A stretch of 64,000 nt of DNA from Tubiluchus corallicola (lineage: Eukaryota > Animalia > Priapulida), in contig JAQGDQ010000103.1 of NCBI GenBank assembly GCA_030141605.1, forward strand, positions 558,001-622,000. Direction: 5' to 3'. Under the pieces are notes generated by a model, which saw nothing but the letters and a program-made list of their open reading frames with translations, made no database searches and was not told the DNA's origin. Numbering within the stretch: position 1 is the stretch's first letter; every line of letters begins with the position of its first letter. The position numbers were made by a program, and so were the translations under genes. Positions 55,711-64,000 of the stretch are shown piece after piece.

Positions 55711-57506
55711 CTGTCCCCCTTCCTCCAGACAAAGAAGTCCCTTCTTTGAAGATCTAGTCTTCCATCGGGAGGGAGAAGAACAGCCACCCACACAGACCAG
55801 AAAGCAAGTTTGAGCACTGCTAATCAACAATACAAAAAGTGTTTCCTTTCATTAATCAAATAGAATCACAGAAATATTTTGCAAAGACTGGCAATTCTAC
55901 AAAACAACATGAGCTAGTGCATAACGCCTAAAGAATTACAAATTAAAAGATGAAAACAATGTCAGATTTCTTGTATGAATAAATTAAAGTTAAACATTAC
56001 ATTTCTAGTAACAACAATTTTTATATAACGGCGAGTCGACTTAAAAAAACTTCCAACTAAATATGCCTAAGTATGTCTACGTAAGAATGCAAAAATGAAC
56101 GAAATAAATGTAATCAGATATCATCCGCTATCCGTAAATAAACGTAACGTAGCGTAAATAATCCGCACGATCTGCAATTCTTAATGATTCACCAGTACCA
56201 ATTATGTCTCAATAAGCAAATGCAAGTAAGGTGTGAAGTGTGGACTAGCCCTTAGTCAAGCAACAACGCATCCGATACCACGGGTGTAACACCTGGGTTG
56301 GTAGAGCTTGCCTGGAAAAGATTAACGCTAGTACTCATGTCAAGCATACAGTTAGTTCAAGTGAATTTCCGCTGTAGACCTAGCATAAGATTTATTGAGC
56401 TTAAGTATTGGCTCCTATGGCGAAAAACGTCGACTCTCCATAAATTTCCAAAATAGCTGTGCTGTACAACAGAAAAAAGGTAGTAAATCTGCTTACACCA
56501 ACTATATTCATAGCGGGAAACAAAAACAAAAAGTTATATGCCACTTTATCTTTAAATAAATCGACATCTTTGATAAGCAATAACAATGCTGACAACTTAA
56601 CTTCTAAAAAAAAATTTAACACCTTACCGTGTTCGATTAACTTACGCAACCGAGGGCTGGTCAGTGGTCAAAGTCGCTCTGTTCACATGGTAGCCAACGG
56701 ACAAGGCTTTGTCGCGAAGCTAGAAATAGGACCTCGAAGAACGAAAGCAACAACAACAAAACGTCAATTATCGAAAAAGACTAATTAGAAATAGTCATCA
56801 ACAGGAATCGGTTGACTTAAAACAACGAAATCGAGAATTTCGATCACGACTATCTACTCGTACAACTTAGATGAAACACTCTAAACAAACAGTAATTGTT
56901 TAGCAAAAATAAAATGTTTGTTCTGCCATTTATCTCTCGAGATTAATGCTAGAACAAATGACAATTTGCAATAACTATTTACAGAACAAATATTTTTTTA
57001 AATTCCATTCAAGAAAAAAAAATTCAAAATTTAATTAAAGAATACACAGTTGATTTCCAATACGGCCTCTTGAAAACATAGAACAAAAACTAATATATTC
57101 GCCTCTCCTCCTCTCCTTAAAGAAGAGTGAAAATTCCATTTTTCACAAAATACGACAAAAATAATAATGACATGAGGTAATCAATATACAGCCAACGAAA
57201 TGTGTTCAATTCTTGGTTCCTCAGCTGCGAAAAAAAATTAAAATTTTAACATTTTTAAACATGCTCATTAAGTAAGTTTTATAATTCAGTTAAACAAGCA
57301 TCTAGTCACGTATTTTCGAATTTGACATGTGTAAGTAGTTACAACTCCATTCTTAAGTGTTAATTCGGATGTGTCACATAGAATAGTTGCTGGAATTACG
57401 AAAATGTTTCGCGTAAGTAATTCTATGAGTGCATCTAAACTCGAGCATTTTCCTGCTTGTAAAGTGAGAGATGGGAGGGTTAAGATGAGAGAACTCTTCT
57501 AGCATC

Positions 57507-60500
57507 TCATTTCTTAAGTCTCGGATTACGTATTCGATGTGCAGTAGGGTCTTCATAGATGAAGTTTCCATAGTGGGTTGTAGGTTGTCTTGACCTGCGG
57601 GAGTAAGGTCGGGGAGGACTGGACGGCAACTGGACGTCAACGGCTGCATTGGCTTCCAAAAAGGTTAGTGGTGTGCTAGAATGGGTCTCGCTTGATACGA
57701 GAACAGGATTAATAGAAGTTGGAGAGAGAACAGGATCCGGTAACGTAGGTTGTGAGGTTACATTATGATTGGATTGAAACGATTTGGGTTGTCTATCAAC
57801 AGTTTTTCTATTGTTTATTTCAAGATTACACTCAACATTGCTCCTAGAATGGTTCACCTTGGTAGACTGCTCGCCCGAAAGAGGCGTGCGTACACTATCG
57901 CCGGCCTTTTCAGAGGAGTCCTCAGCAATTGCTGAACTGGAGCTACCAGGAAGCCATTCGTTAATGAGTTGTCGAGTTGATTCGTCGGGAATAAATTCAG
58001 CAGAGTCGGCTGTGTCAAGTAAATTAAGAGTGGTTGAGCCTGGAAAATCAACTCTTTTGGGAGTGGATGTTCGTGGTTTTGGTATAGGTGGAGAGAAGGT
58101 GGGCAATGAAAGCCGTACATCACCGTTGGATGAATTGTCATGGGGAAGGGAAAGTGGATCACGAATAGGAGTTAAGGCTGGCATGGAGGAATTAAGTAGT
58201 TCTGGAATTTGGGCTGGAAAACTCGATGCATTTTCATTGTGCTCATCATTATAATCAGCTATTCTGCATGGTGAATATGGAGGTGGCGGCAATCCGAAAG
58301 AATCGAGAGATACAGAACGATCAACTGCTGTCAGCTGTGGCTCGAGTTCAATGTTCTGTTCAGTTTTAGATTTATCGATACCCGATGGATCGGCATTGAA
58401 TTTATCGGCACTAACTTCAGGATCAAGGCTATAAGTTACTGTAGCTTGGCTGTCAGATAATTCATTGAGTGAAGGCGTTTCACCAGGTGTCCAGGAAAAT
58501 CCAGTGGCTGGCGTATAACGCCACAGACGATCTGCGTGAACAATTTTGCATCTTTGTCTTGGTCCCGGCAAACGTATACGATAGACAACATCTGAGAGAC
58601 GTGTTATGATTTCATAAGGTCCCTGCCAATCAGACTGAAGCTTTGGACTGCGACCGATTTTACGCTGAGGATTAAAAAACCAAACTTTTTCCCCAACAGA
58701 AAATTGAACATAACGAGAACGGACATTATAGCGTCTACGCATTGTTTCATGAGAAATGCGGAGGTTTTCTCTGATGAAATGGTGAACGTCATGTAGACGA
58801 TTCTCAAGATTTTTAACATACTGGACGACAGTACTTGAATCAATGTTTGAAGGTGGGCGTCCTGTTAATAGATCAAGAGGCAGCCTTAATTCTCTACCAA
58901 ACATGGCTTGAGCAGGGGTAAATCCAGTTGAGTCATGTACAGCCGATCGGTATGAAAGCAAAAACAAAGGAATCTTTTCATCCCAATCACGCTGGTGGGC
59001 ACTACTGAATTGCGCAAGCTGTCGGGAAATGGTCCTTATAAAGCGCTCGCACATTCCATCGCTTTTTGGGTTAAGCGCAGTCGTTCGAGTTTTCTCAATA
59101 CCCATAAGATTACAGCATTGCTGAAAGATCTTACTTTCAAAATTTCGGCCTTGGTCTGAATGAATTTCGTTTGGTAACCCAAATCGGCAAAGGAAATTGT
59201 TTACCAATACTGTAGCTATAGTCTCGGCTTCTTGGTTCGGTAAGGGATAGCATTCTGGCCATTTTGTGAAATAATCCATTGCAACTAATATGTATTTGTT
59301 GTTAGAATTAGACAACGGGAAAGGACCTGCCACGTCAATGGCGATTCGTTCCATAGGCGCGCCCACACGGTATAGTTGTAAAGGTGCACGAGGTTTTCGC
59401 TGCGGCCCCTTTTTCTTGCAACAAATTTCGCAAGTTCGCGTCCATATTTCAACATCTTGTCGCATTCCCGGCCAAAAGAAGCGCTGCCGCAGTAAATCGA
59501 GAGTTTTGTTTTGTCCAAAATGGCCTGCAGTTGGAGATGAATGCATTTCCGTTAAAACTTTTTCGCGAAAAGCGCGAGAGACTAACCATTGCCAGCGAGT
59601 AAGACTCCCTTCAGGGCTTTCCCATTTCCGCTGCAAAATGCCATCTCTTAAACGCAGTGTGTCCCAATGCGCTAAAACCGCTTTAGCTTCTCTGCTAAGG
59701 GGTGATCGCTGTTCCCATGTTGGTTTTTCGCTTGACGTTTCAAGAAACGCTATGACTGGTGCTAGATCTTTATCATTTAATTGACGTTCTTTAAAATGTA
59801 ATTCAGTATCACGCAAAGTTGTACCAACTTTGACAAATTTTGCCGGTTCAGTGATTTCTGGCTTCACACATCTTGATGCCTGATTAATTTCGCTGTCAAT
59901 TTTACTTCTCCAGGCTGGCTGTAAGGCATTTTTGCTATTTTCAGCTTCTGAATTGTTAGCTGTTCTCAGAGTTTCAAATTTTATTTCACGTTTGTTGCAA
60001 TGAGAGCATTCGTGTTTGCATGGCCGTCTAGACAGCGTGTCTGCATTCGCGTGACTTTTACCGGGCCTATGCTCTATCTTGTACTGATATTGGTCCAATT
60101 TCGCAAGCCATCGAGCTAATTGGCCTTCAGGGCGCTTAAGCGTGTGAAGCCAGCGAAGTGCCGCATGGTCGGTACGTATAGAAAAGGGTTTTCCGTAAAG
60201 ATAGTGATGGAAGTTGGTCACCCCTTTTATCACGGCCAGGAGTTCACGTCTAGTAGCACAGTAATTGCGTTCTGAAGGGTTAAGTATTTGACTGTAATAG
60301 GCAATTACACGTTCGTGTCCATTTTGGACTTGAGAGAGTACAGCACCGATGGCGACATTACTAGCATCGGTGTCAAGTATGAAATCTCTATCGAACTGAG
60401 GATAAGCCAGTACAGGAGAGGAAGTAAGCAAGGCTTTAAGTCTCTCAAAAGACTGCTGCTGGTCTTGCTGCCACAAGAAAGGTTGATGTTTACGAGTTAG

Positions 60501-61424
60501 TTCGTGCAGTGGAGCAGCTATTTTTGCAAAGTCCTTGATGAAGCGCCTGTAGTAGGTACAAAGGCCAAGAAAACTACGTAGCTCAGTCAAGTTTGTTGGT
60601 ATAGGCCATTTCGCTACTGCATCAGTTTTTGCAGGATCGGTGTGTACTCCTTGGGAACTGACAATGTGTCCAAGGTAGGCTACCTGCTTTTGTGTAAGTA
60701 GACATTTCTCAGCGTTAAGTTTAAGTCCGGCTGCTTGGAAGCGAGTGAAGACCTCTTGTAGACGCTCCAAGTGTTCGTCAAAGGTGTGGCCATAAACTAT
60801 CACGTCATCGAGGTAGATTAGTAGGGTACGCCAATGAAGACCAGTCAGGACCTGCTCCATAAGGCGTTCGAAAGTCGCTGGCGCATTCGTCAGGCCAAAA
60901 GGCATAGCCTTGAATTGCCAGAGGCCTCTATGTGTAATAAAAGCCGTCTTCTCCTTGTCGTTAGGGTGCATTTCGACCTGGTGATACCCAGATTTCAAGT
61001 CAAGGGTGGAAAACCATTCAGAGCCTGATAGTGCATCTATCGAGTCATCTATGCGGGGTAAAGGATAACTGTCTTTGATGGTAATTGCATTTAGGGCTCT
61101 ATAATCAATGCAGCATCTAGTGCCCCCGTTTTTCTTTCGGACTAAAACCACTGCAGATGACCACGGGCTACACGAAGGCTCGATCACACCTTGAGCTTCC
61201 ATCTCTTTCATAGCTGCATCAAGCTGCTTGCGCTGCGTTTCACCGAGCCGCCGCGGTTGCACTTTAATTGGCGCATGATTGCCAGTGTTGATGGTGTGCT
61301 GGACCACGTTGGTCCGGCCGATATCTGCTGGTCCAGAATAAAATAGCTGGTTGTTTTTCAAGAGAAAGGCGTGTAAACGCTTAAGCTGTTTACTAGATAG
61401 ATGCTCTTTACTTTTCTCGAGCAA
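57507..61424 (-). CDS. pol: Gypsy Pol: RT (YLDD), RNase H (DTDAS), integrase (HHCC, DDE, GPY/F) and a long S/P-rich tail
   Basis: SPWSS.VVLV.KK, DYR.LN, YPLPRID, FSTLDL.SGY, MPFGL.NAP, YLDD; IAIDV, HSDQG.NFES, G.CER; WQGPY. Confidence 0.97.
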   Translation of the reverse strand: MLEKSKEHLSSKQLKRLHAFLLKNNQLFYSGPADIGRTNVVQHTINTGNHAPIKVQPRRLGETQRKQLDAAMKEMEAQGVIEPSCSPWSSAVVLVRKKNGGTRCCIDYRALNAITIKDSYPLPRIDDSIDALSGSEWFSTLDLKSGYHQVEMHPNDKEKTAFITHRGLWQFKAMPFGLTNAPATFERLMEQVLTGLHWRTLLIYLDDVIVYGHTFDEHLERLQEVFTRFQAAGLKLNAEKCLLTQKQVAYLGHIVSSQGVHTDPAKTDAVAKWPIPTNLTELRSFLGLCTYYRRFIKDFAKIAAPLHELTRKHQPFLWQQDQQQSFERLKALLTSSPVLAYPQFDRDFILDTDASNVAIGAVLSQVQNGHERVIAYYSQILNPSERNYCATRRELLAVIKGVTNFHHYLYGKPFSIRTDHAALRWLHTLKRPEGQLARWLAKLDQYQYKIEHRPGKSHANADTLSRRPCKHECSHCNKREIKFETLRTANNSEAENSKNALQPAWRSKIDSEINQASRCVKPEITEPAKFVKVGTTLRDTELHFKERQLNDKDLAPVIAFLETSSEKPTWEQRSPLSREAKAVLAHWDTLRLRDGILQRKWESPEGSLTRWQWLVSRAFREKVLTEMHSSPTAGHFGQNKTLDLLRQRFFWPGMRQDVEIWTRTCEICCKKKGPQRKPRAPLQLYRVGAPMERIAIDVAGPFPLSNSNNKYILVAMDYFTKWPECYPLPNQEAETIATVLVNNFLCRFGLPNEIHSDQGRNFESKIFQQCCNLMGIEKTRTTALNPKSDGMCERFIRTISRQLAQFSSAHQRDWDEKIPLFLLSYRSAVHDSTGFTPAQAMFGRELRLPLDLLTGRPPSNIDSSTVVQYVKNLENRLHDVHHFIRENLRISHETMRRRYNVRSRYVQFSVGEKVWFFNPQRKIGRSPKLQSDWQGPYEIITRLSDVVYRIRLPGPRQRCKIVHADRLWRYTPATGFSWTPGETPSLNELSDSQATVTYSLDPEVSADKFNADPSGIDKSKTEQNIELEPQLTAVDRSVSLDSFGLPPPPYSPCRIADYNDEHNENASSFPAQIPELLNSSMPALTPIRDPLSLPHDNSSNGDVRLSLPTFSPPIPKPRTSTPKRVDFPGSTTLNLLDTADSAEFIPDESTRQLINEWLPGSSSSAIAEDSSEKAGDSVRTPLSGEQSTKVNHSRSNVECNLEINNRKTVDRQPKSFQSNHNVTSQPTLPDPVLSPTSINPVLVSSETHSSTPLTFLEANAAVDVQLPSSPPRPYSRRSRQPTTHYGNFIYEDPTAHRIRNPRLKK

Positions 61425-61427
61425 ATT

Positions 61428-62318
61428 TCAAACAGGTTCAGATAGATGGGTGCATTTGTTTAATTTTATAATAGCAGGAAAACCATTGCGTTTTTGAACG
61501 GGTTTAGGTTCGAGTGGTTCAGGAAGTTCTTGCACAACTTCCCACCGACCAATCACTTCATTAACTGGTATAGTCACAGGTTTAGGTGACAAATTTGCAA
61601 GCAATGTTTTAACAGTATTTGCACCAGGGGGTGCAGTTACACGGCCAGTTAAAACACCTTCCCGACAGAAAAAGTCATGATTTACACGGGTAATCATGCC
61701 TGTGGCAAGTGGCAACGGCACAGCTGGTCTACCTTCTAGTACAGTTTCAGAGAATGGAGGCAAAATTATTTGGTTTACATTTAAAATATCAGTAGTACCG
61801 TTCGCTAAGGGAAAAATTTTAACAAACTGACCGTCTGGGAAAATCAATAAATTTTTAGCGGTGTTCACGCTAACATGATTAGCACGAAGCCAATCCAGGC
61901 CAAGCACACAATCATCACCTACAATGTCATTCGAAAGCCAAACCGGTACTGCGCCAGACCACATTTCCGGTTCATTGCCAAGTTGCAAAGAAACATTAAC
62001 TGGGCCACGCAATTCAAGCTCAGATCCGTTTGCGCTTAAAGCTTTGCGATTTTCTAATAAAATTTCTTCAGTTGGTAAGGAAAGAAATTCTTTTCTTACT
62101 GTTGTCTGACTCGCACCAGTGTCAACTAAAATGCGACAAACACGACCGTTTATTGAGCCGCGCACATACAAACCAAGCGCAGGTTGCTTATAAGCGTTTT
62201 TGTTACGAACCGACGCAGAATAATTAATGGTGTAATGCGATGTGGGTGCTCCTATGGAGACTGCTCGTCTAGTGCGAGTGGCTGGCTGTCTCCTTCTCCT
62301 GCCACCCGCTTTTAAAAA
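61428..62318 (-). CDS. Gypsy aspartic protease region (-1 frame relative to gag; same frame as RT, separated by a TGA)
   Basis: LVDTGAS and VLGLDWL motifs; the frame is open from the gag overlap to the TGA at 61430-61428. Confidence 0.9.
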   Translation of the reverse strand, partial: FLKAGGRRRRQPATRTRRAVSIGAPTSHYTINYSASVRNKNAYKQPALGLYVRGSINGRVCRILVDTGASQTTVRKEFLSLPTEEILLENRKALSANGSELELRGPVNVSLQLGNEPEMWSGAVPVWLSNDIVGDDCVLGLDWLRANHVSVNTAKNLLIFPDGQFVKIFPLANGTTDILNVNQIILPPFSETVLEGRPAVPLPLATGMITRVNHDFFCREGVLTGRVTAPPGANTVKTLLANLSPKPVTIPVNEVIGRWEVVQELPEPLEPKPVQKRNGFPAIIKLNKCTHLSEPV

Positions 62319-63967
62319 TGCGAACGCCCACGACCGAAGTTGTTGTAATTAGCTGTTGAATGGTAATAATTTTGGGGGGTAGTCCCAGTACATGGATAAT
62401 TTTGCCCCATATTTGCAGAAAAACCATTGTTTTGGCAAAAATTATTAGAAAATTGTGCTCTATGGCGAGTTGGTTGGCCTGTCCAACTATGGGGAGGGGA
62501 AGAGCACTGTCTCGCTAAATGCCCAAAACCACCACAATTATAACAAACTGGGCCTGAACCACGACCCGTAGGTTTAGCAGACTTATTCTGGCCAACATTT
62601 GAAACTCTGCCGTGTTTTTCAGGGGTGCGATTAAGAGCAGATTTGCTAACGTCGTTATTTGGGCTTTTGGATTTCGAACTGGGGGGCGAGGTAACAGGTA
62701 GGTGCTGAACCTTAATCGAGCTTTTGCTTGGGGGTTCGTTTTCTGTTACTCGTTTAGACGTAGCCCGAATGGACTCAACTGTAAGTGCGGTAGCTAAAGC
62801 ACTTGCGAGATCAGGCGGTACACTTTGCTGAATGTGTATTGCTAACTCAGAATCCATTAAACCATCTACGAATTTATGAATTAGCTGTTGCTCAGCAGTT
62901 TTTGTATCAACGGTTGGAAATGCACGATGATAAAGAACGCGCAATTGCTCAGCGTATTGCCTTAAATCTTCCCCAGTGTGGCGTACTCTGGCGTTATAAT
63001 GCGCACGATAAACGCTCTCTCTATTTTGATAGCCGTATCTACGACAAAGAGCCGACGAAAGGACATCATAGTTGGACCTTTGCGCCTCTGGAATGACTTC
63101 CAGCACGCCCGCAGCACTCCCTTTTAATTTTAATGCTAATCGCGCACCAGCCTCGGTGTTGTCCCAGCCATTAGCCCGACGGAGAAGCTGGAACTGTGCC
63201 TCAAAACTTTCCCAAGACACTGTCTCGCCATCAAAAGGTGGTAGACCTCGGAGTGCCTTTTCACCGAGCCGCCCCATGCTGATGTCACTCGCCATGTTTA
63301 CCGCAGCATTATCGACATTTTGTGCCACGGTGCTGGTTGCCAAACCTGTTTGTGCAGTAGAACAACCGGAAGTCCGCAAAATGGGCTCGAAAGACTGGTC
63401 TAGATTGCTTAGGCCAGTTTCAAAACGTACACGTGGGGTGGAGCCAGAAGGACCATTTTGAATCTGGCTAGACCCTTGATTTTGATGCTGCGCGTCAGCA
63501 GTGTCAGTATTCGCCATTACAGGGGTAGAACCCAAAAGAGGCTTCTTTGCCAAAATACCACCTGTTGTAGGCGTCTCTGGTTCGCGACATGCGGTAAAAT
63601 CCAAAATGGCACTAAAAATTGCCTGAGGCAGCGTAGCAACCACATTTCTCAGGTCTTGAAAACTCTCAGAAATACTAGACAACTGTTGTCTGATTTGACA
63701 CAGTTGTCTGATTTGATAAGTATCTGACGCGAAATTTTGCCGAAAATTTTGATTACTTGGACTAACTCGCGTGCCCAATGCTGCATTTGGATCGCTAGCC
63801 GCGTGCCCTGAAAGAAAATCAATATTAGACATGCCCCAAGTACTCGCGCTAGGCTGGGAAGCGGAATGTTGTGAAGTAGCAGGTAGCAAAGGTAGCTGAC
63901 CTTGGCTTTGCCTACTTGAACATTCAGATGGCTTCGCTGCATGCTTTTCAGTACAAGGGTTATGCAC
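62312..63967 (-). CDS. gag: Gypsy Gag with CCHC zinc knuckle
   Basis: PFDG...W..F..QF....NGW...L...L.G.A capsid-like region and CYNCGGFGHLARQC; the true start is uncertain. Confidence 0.9.
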   Translation of the reverse strand: MHNPCTEKHAAKPSECSSRQSQGQLPLLPATSQHSASQPSASTWGMSNIDFLSGHAASDPNAALGTRVSPSNQNFRQNFASDTYQIRQLCQIRQQLSSISESFQDLRNVVATLPQAIFSAILDFTACREPETPTTGGILAKKPLLGSTPVMANTDTADAQHQNQGSSQIQNGPSGSTPRVRFETGLSNLDQSFEPILRTSGCSTAQTGLATSTVAQNVDNAAVNMASDISMGRLGEKALRGLPPFDGETVSWESFEAQFQLLRRANGWDNTEAGARLALKLKGSAAGVLEVIPEAQRSNYDVLSSALCRRYGYQNRESVYRAHYNARVRHTGEDLRQYAEQLRVLYHRAFPTVDTKTAEQQLIHKFVDGLMDSELAIHIQQSVPPDLASALATALTVESIRATSKRVTENEPPSKSSIKVQHLPVTSPPSSKSKSPNNDVSKSALNRTPEKHGRVSNVGQNKSAKPTGRGSGPVCYNCGGFGHLARQCSSPPHSWTGQPTRHRAQFSNNFCQNNGFSANMGQNYPCTGTTPQNYYHSTANYNNFGRGRSHF

Positions 63968-64000
63968 AGGGCAAGTAACAAAAGGATTAGTTGTATTACA

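Larger units (their letters stand above)
55380..64000 (-). mobile_element. Ty3/Gypsy LTR retrotransposon (5' LTR beyond the window)
   Basis: gag-PR-RT-RH-IN order, PPT and 3' LTR. Confidence 0.93.

Noticed and set aside
56401-56788. Short ORFs in the Gypsy 3' region as env or accessory genes
   Set aside because: Short, with no signal peptide/furin/TM architecture or recognisable motif.
57784-63727. + strand ORFs antisense to gag/pol
   Set aside because: Antisense shadows of the retrotransposon coding sequence.

Overview
AT-rich, microsatellite-dense eukaryotic (invertebrate animal) genomic DNA, not prokaryotic. Splicing exons by hand gives five host loci. (1) The 3' end of a + strand pentraxin-domain gene whose last exon encodes a ([12 protein letters not shown])7 Gly/Ser/Tyr tail and a basic C-terminus. 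(2) A complete 3-exon Vax homeobox gene on the - strand (226 aa). (3) A disrupted SLC5A5/6/8/12-type sodium:solute symporter pseudogene on the - strand that keeps only its first intron, into which a LINE has inserted. (4) An 8-exon beta-lactamase-domain (lact-2/EstB-like) serine hydrolase gene on the - strand (about 439 aa). (5) A second, divergent 6-exon pentraxin gene on the - strand (about 262 aa), largely missed by the ORF track, followed immediately by a long stem-loop. The right end holds a Ty3/Gypsy LTR retrotransposon on the - strand (gag, PR, RT-RH-IN, PPT, 3' LTR). It has a predicted -1 frameshift pseudoknot, and its 3' LTR lies just upstream of the second pentraxin gene. The rest is MITEs (Kolobok/T2, hAT, Tc1/mariner, Harbinger-like), LINE fragments (CR1/L2, RTE), a candidate RTE-derived SINE with TSDs, and mini/microsatellites. 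All family assignments are by eye from motifs; no database search was run.
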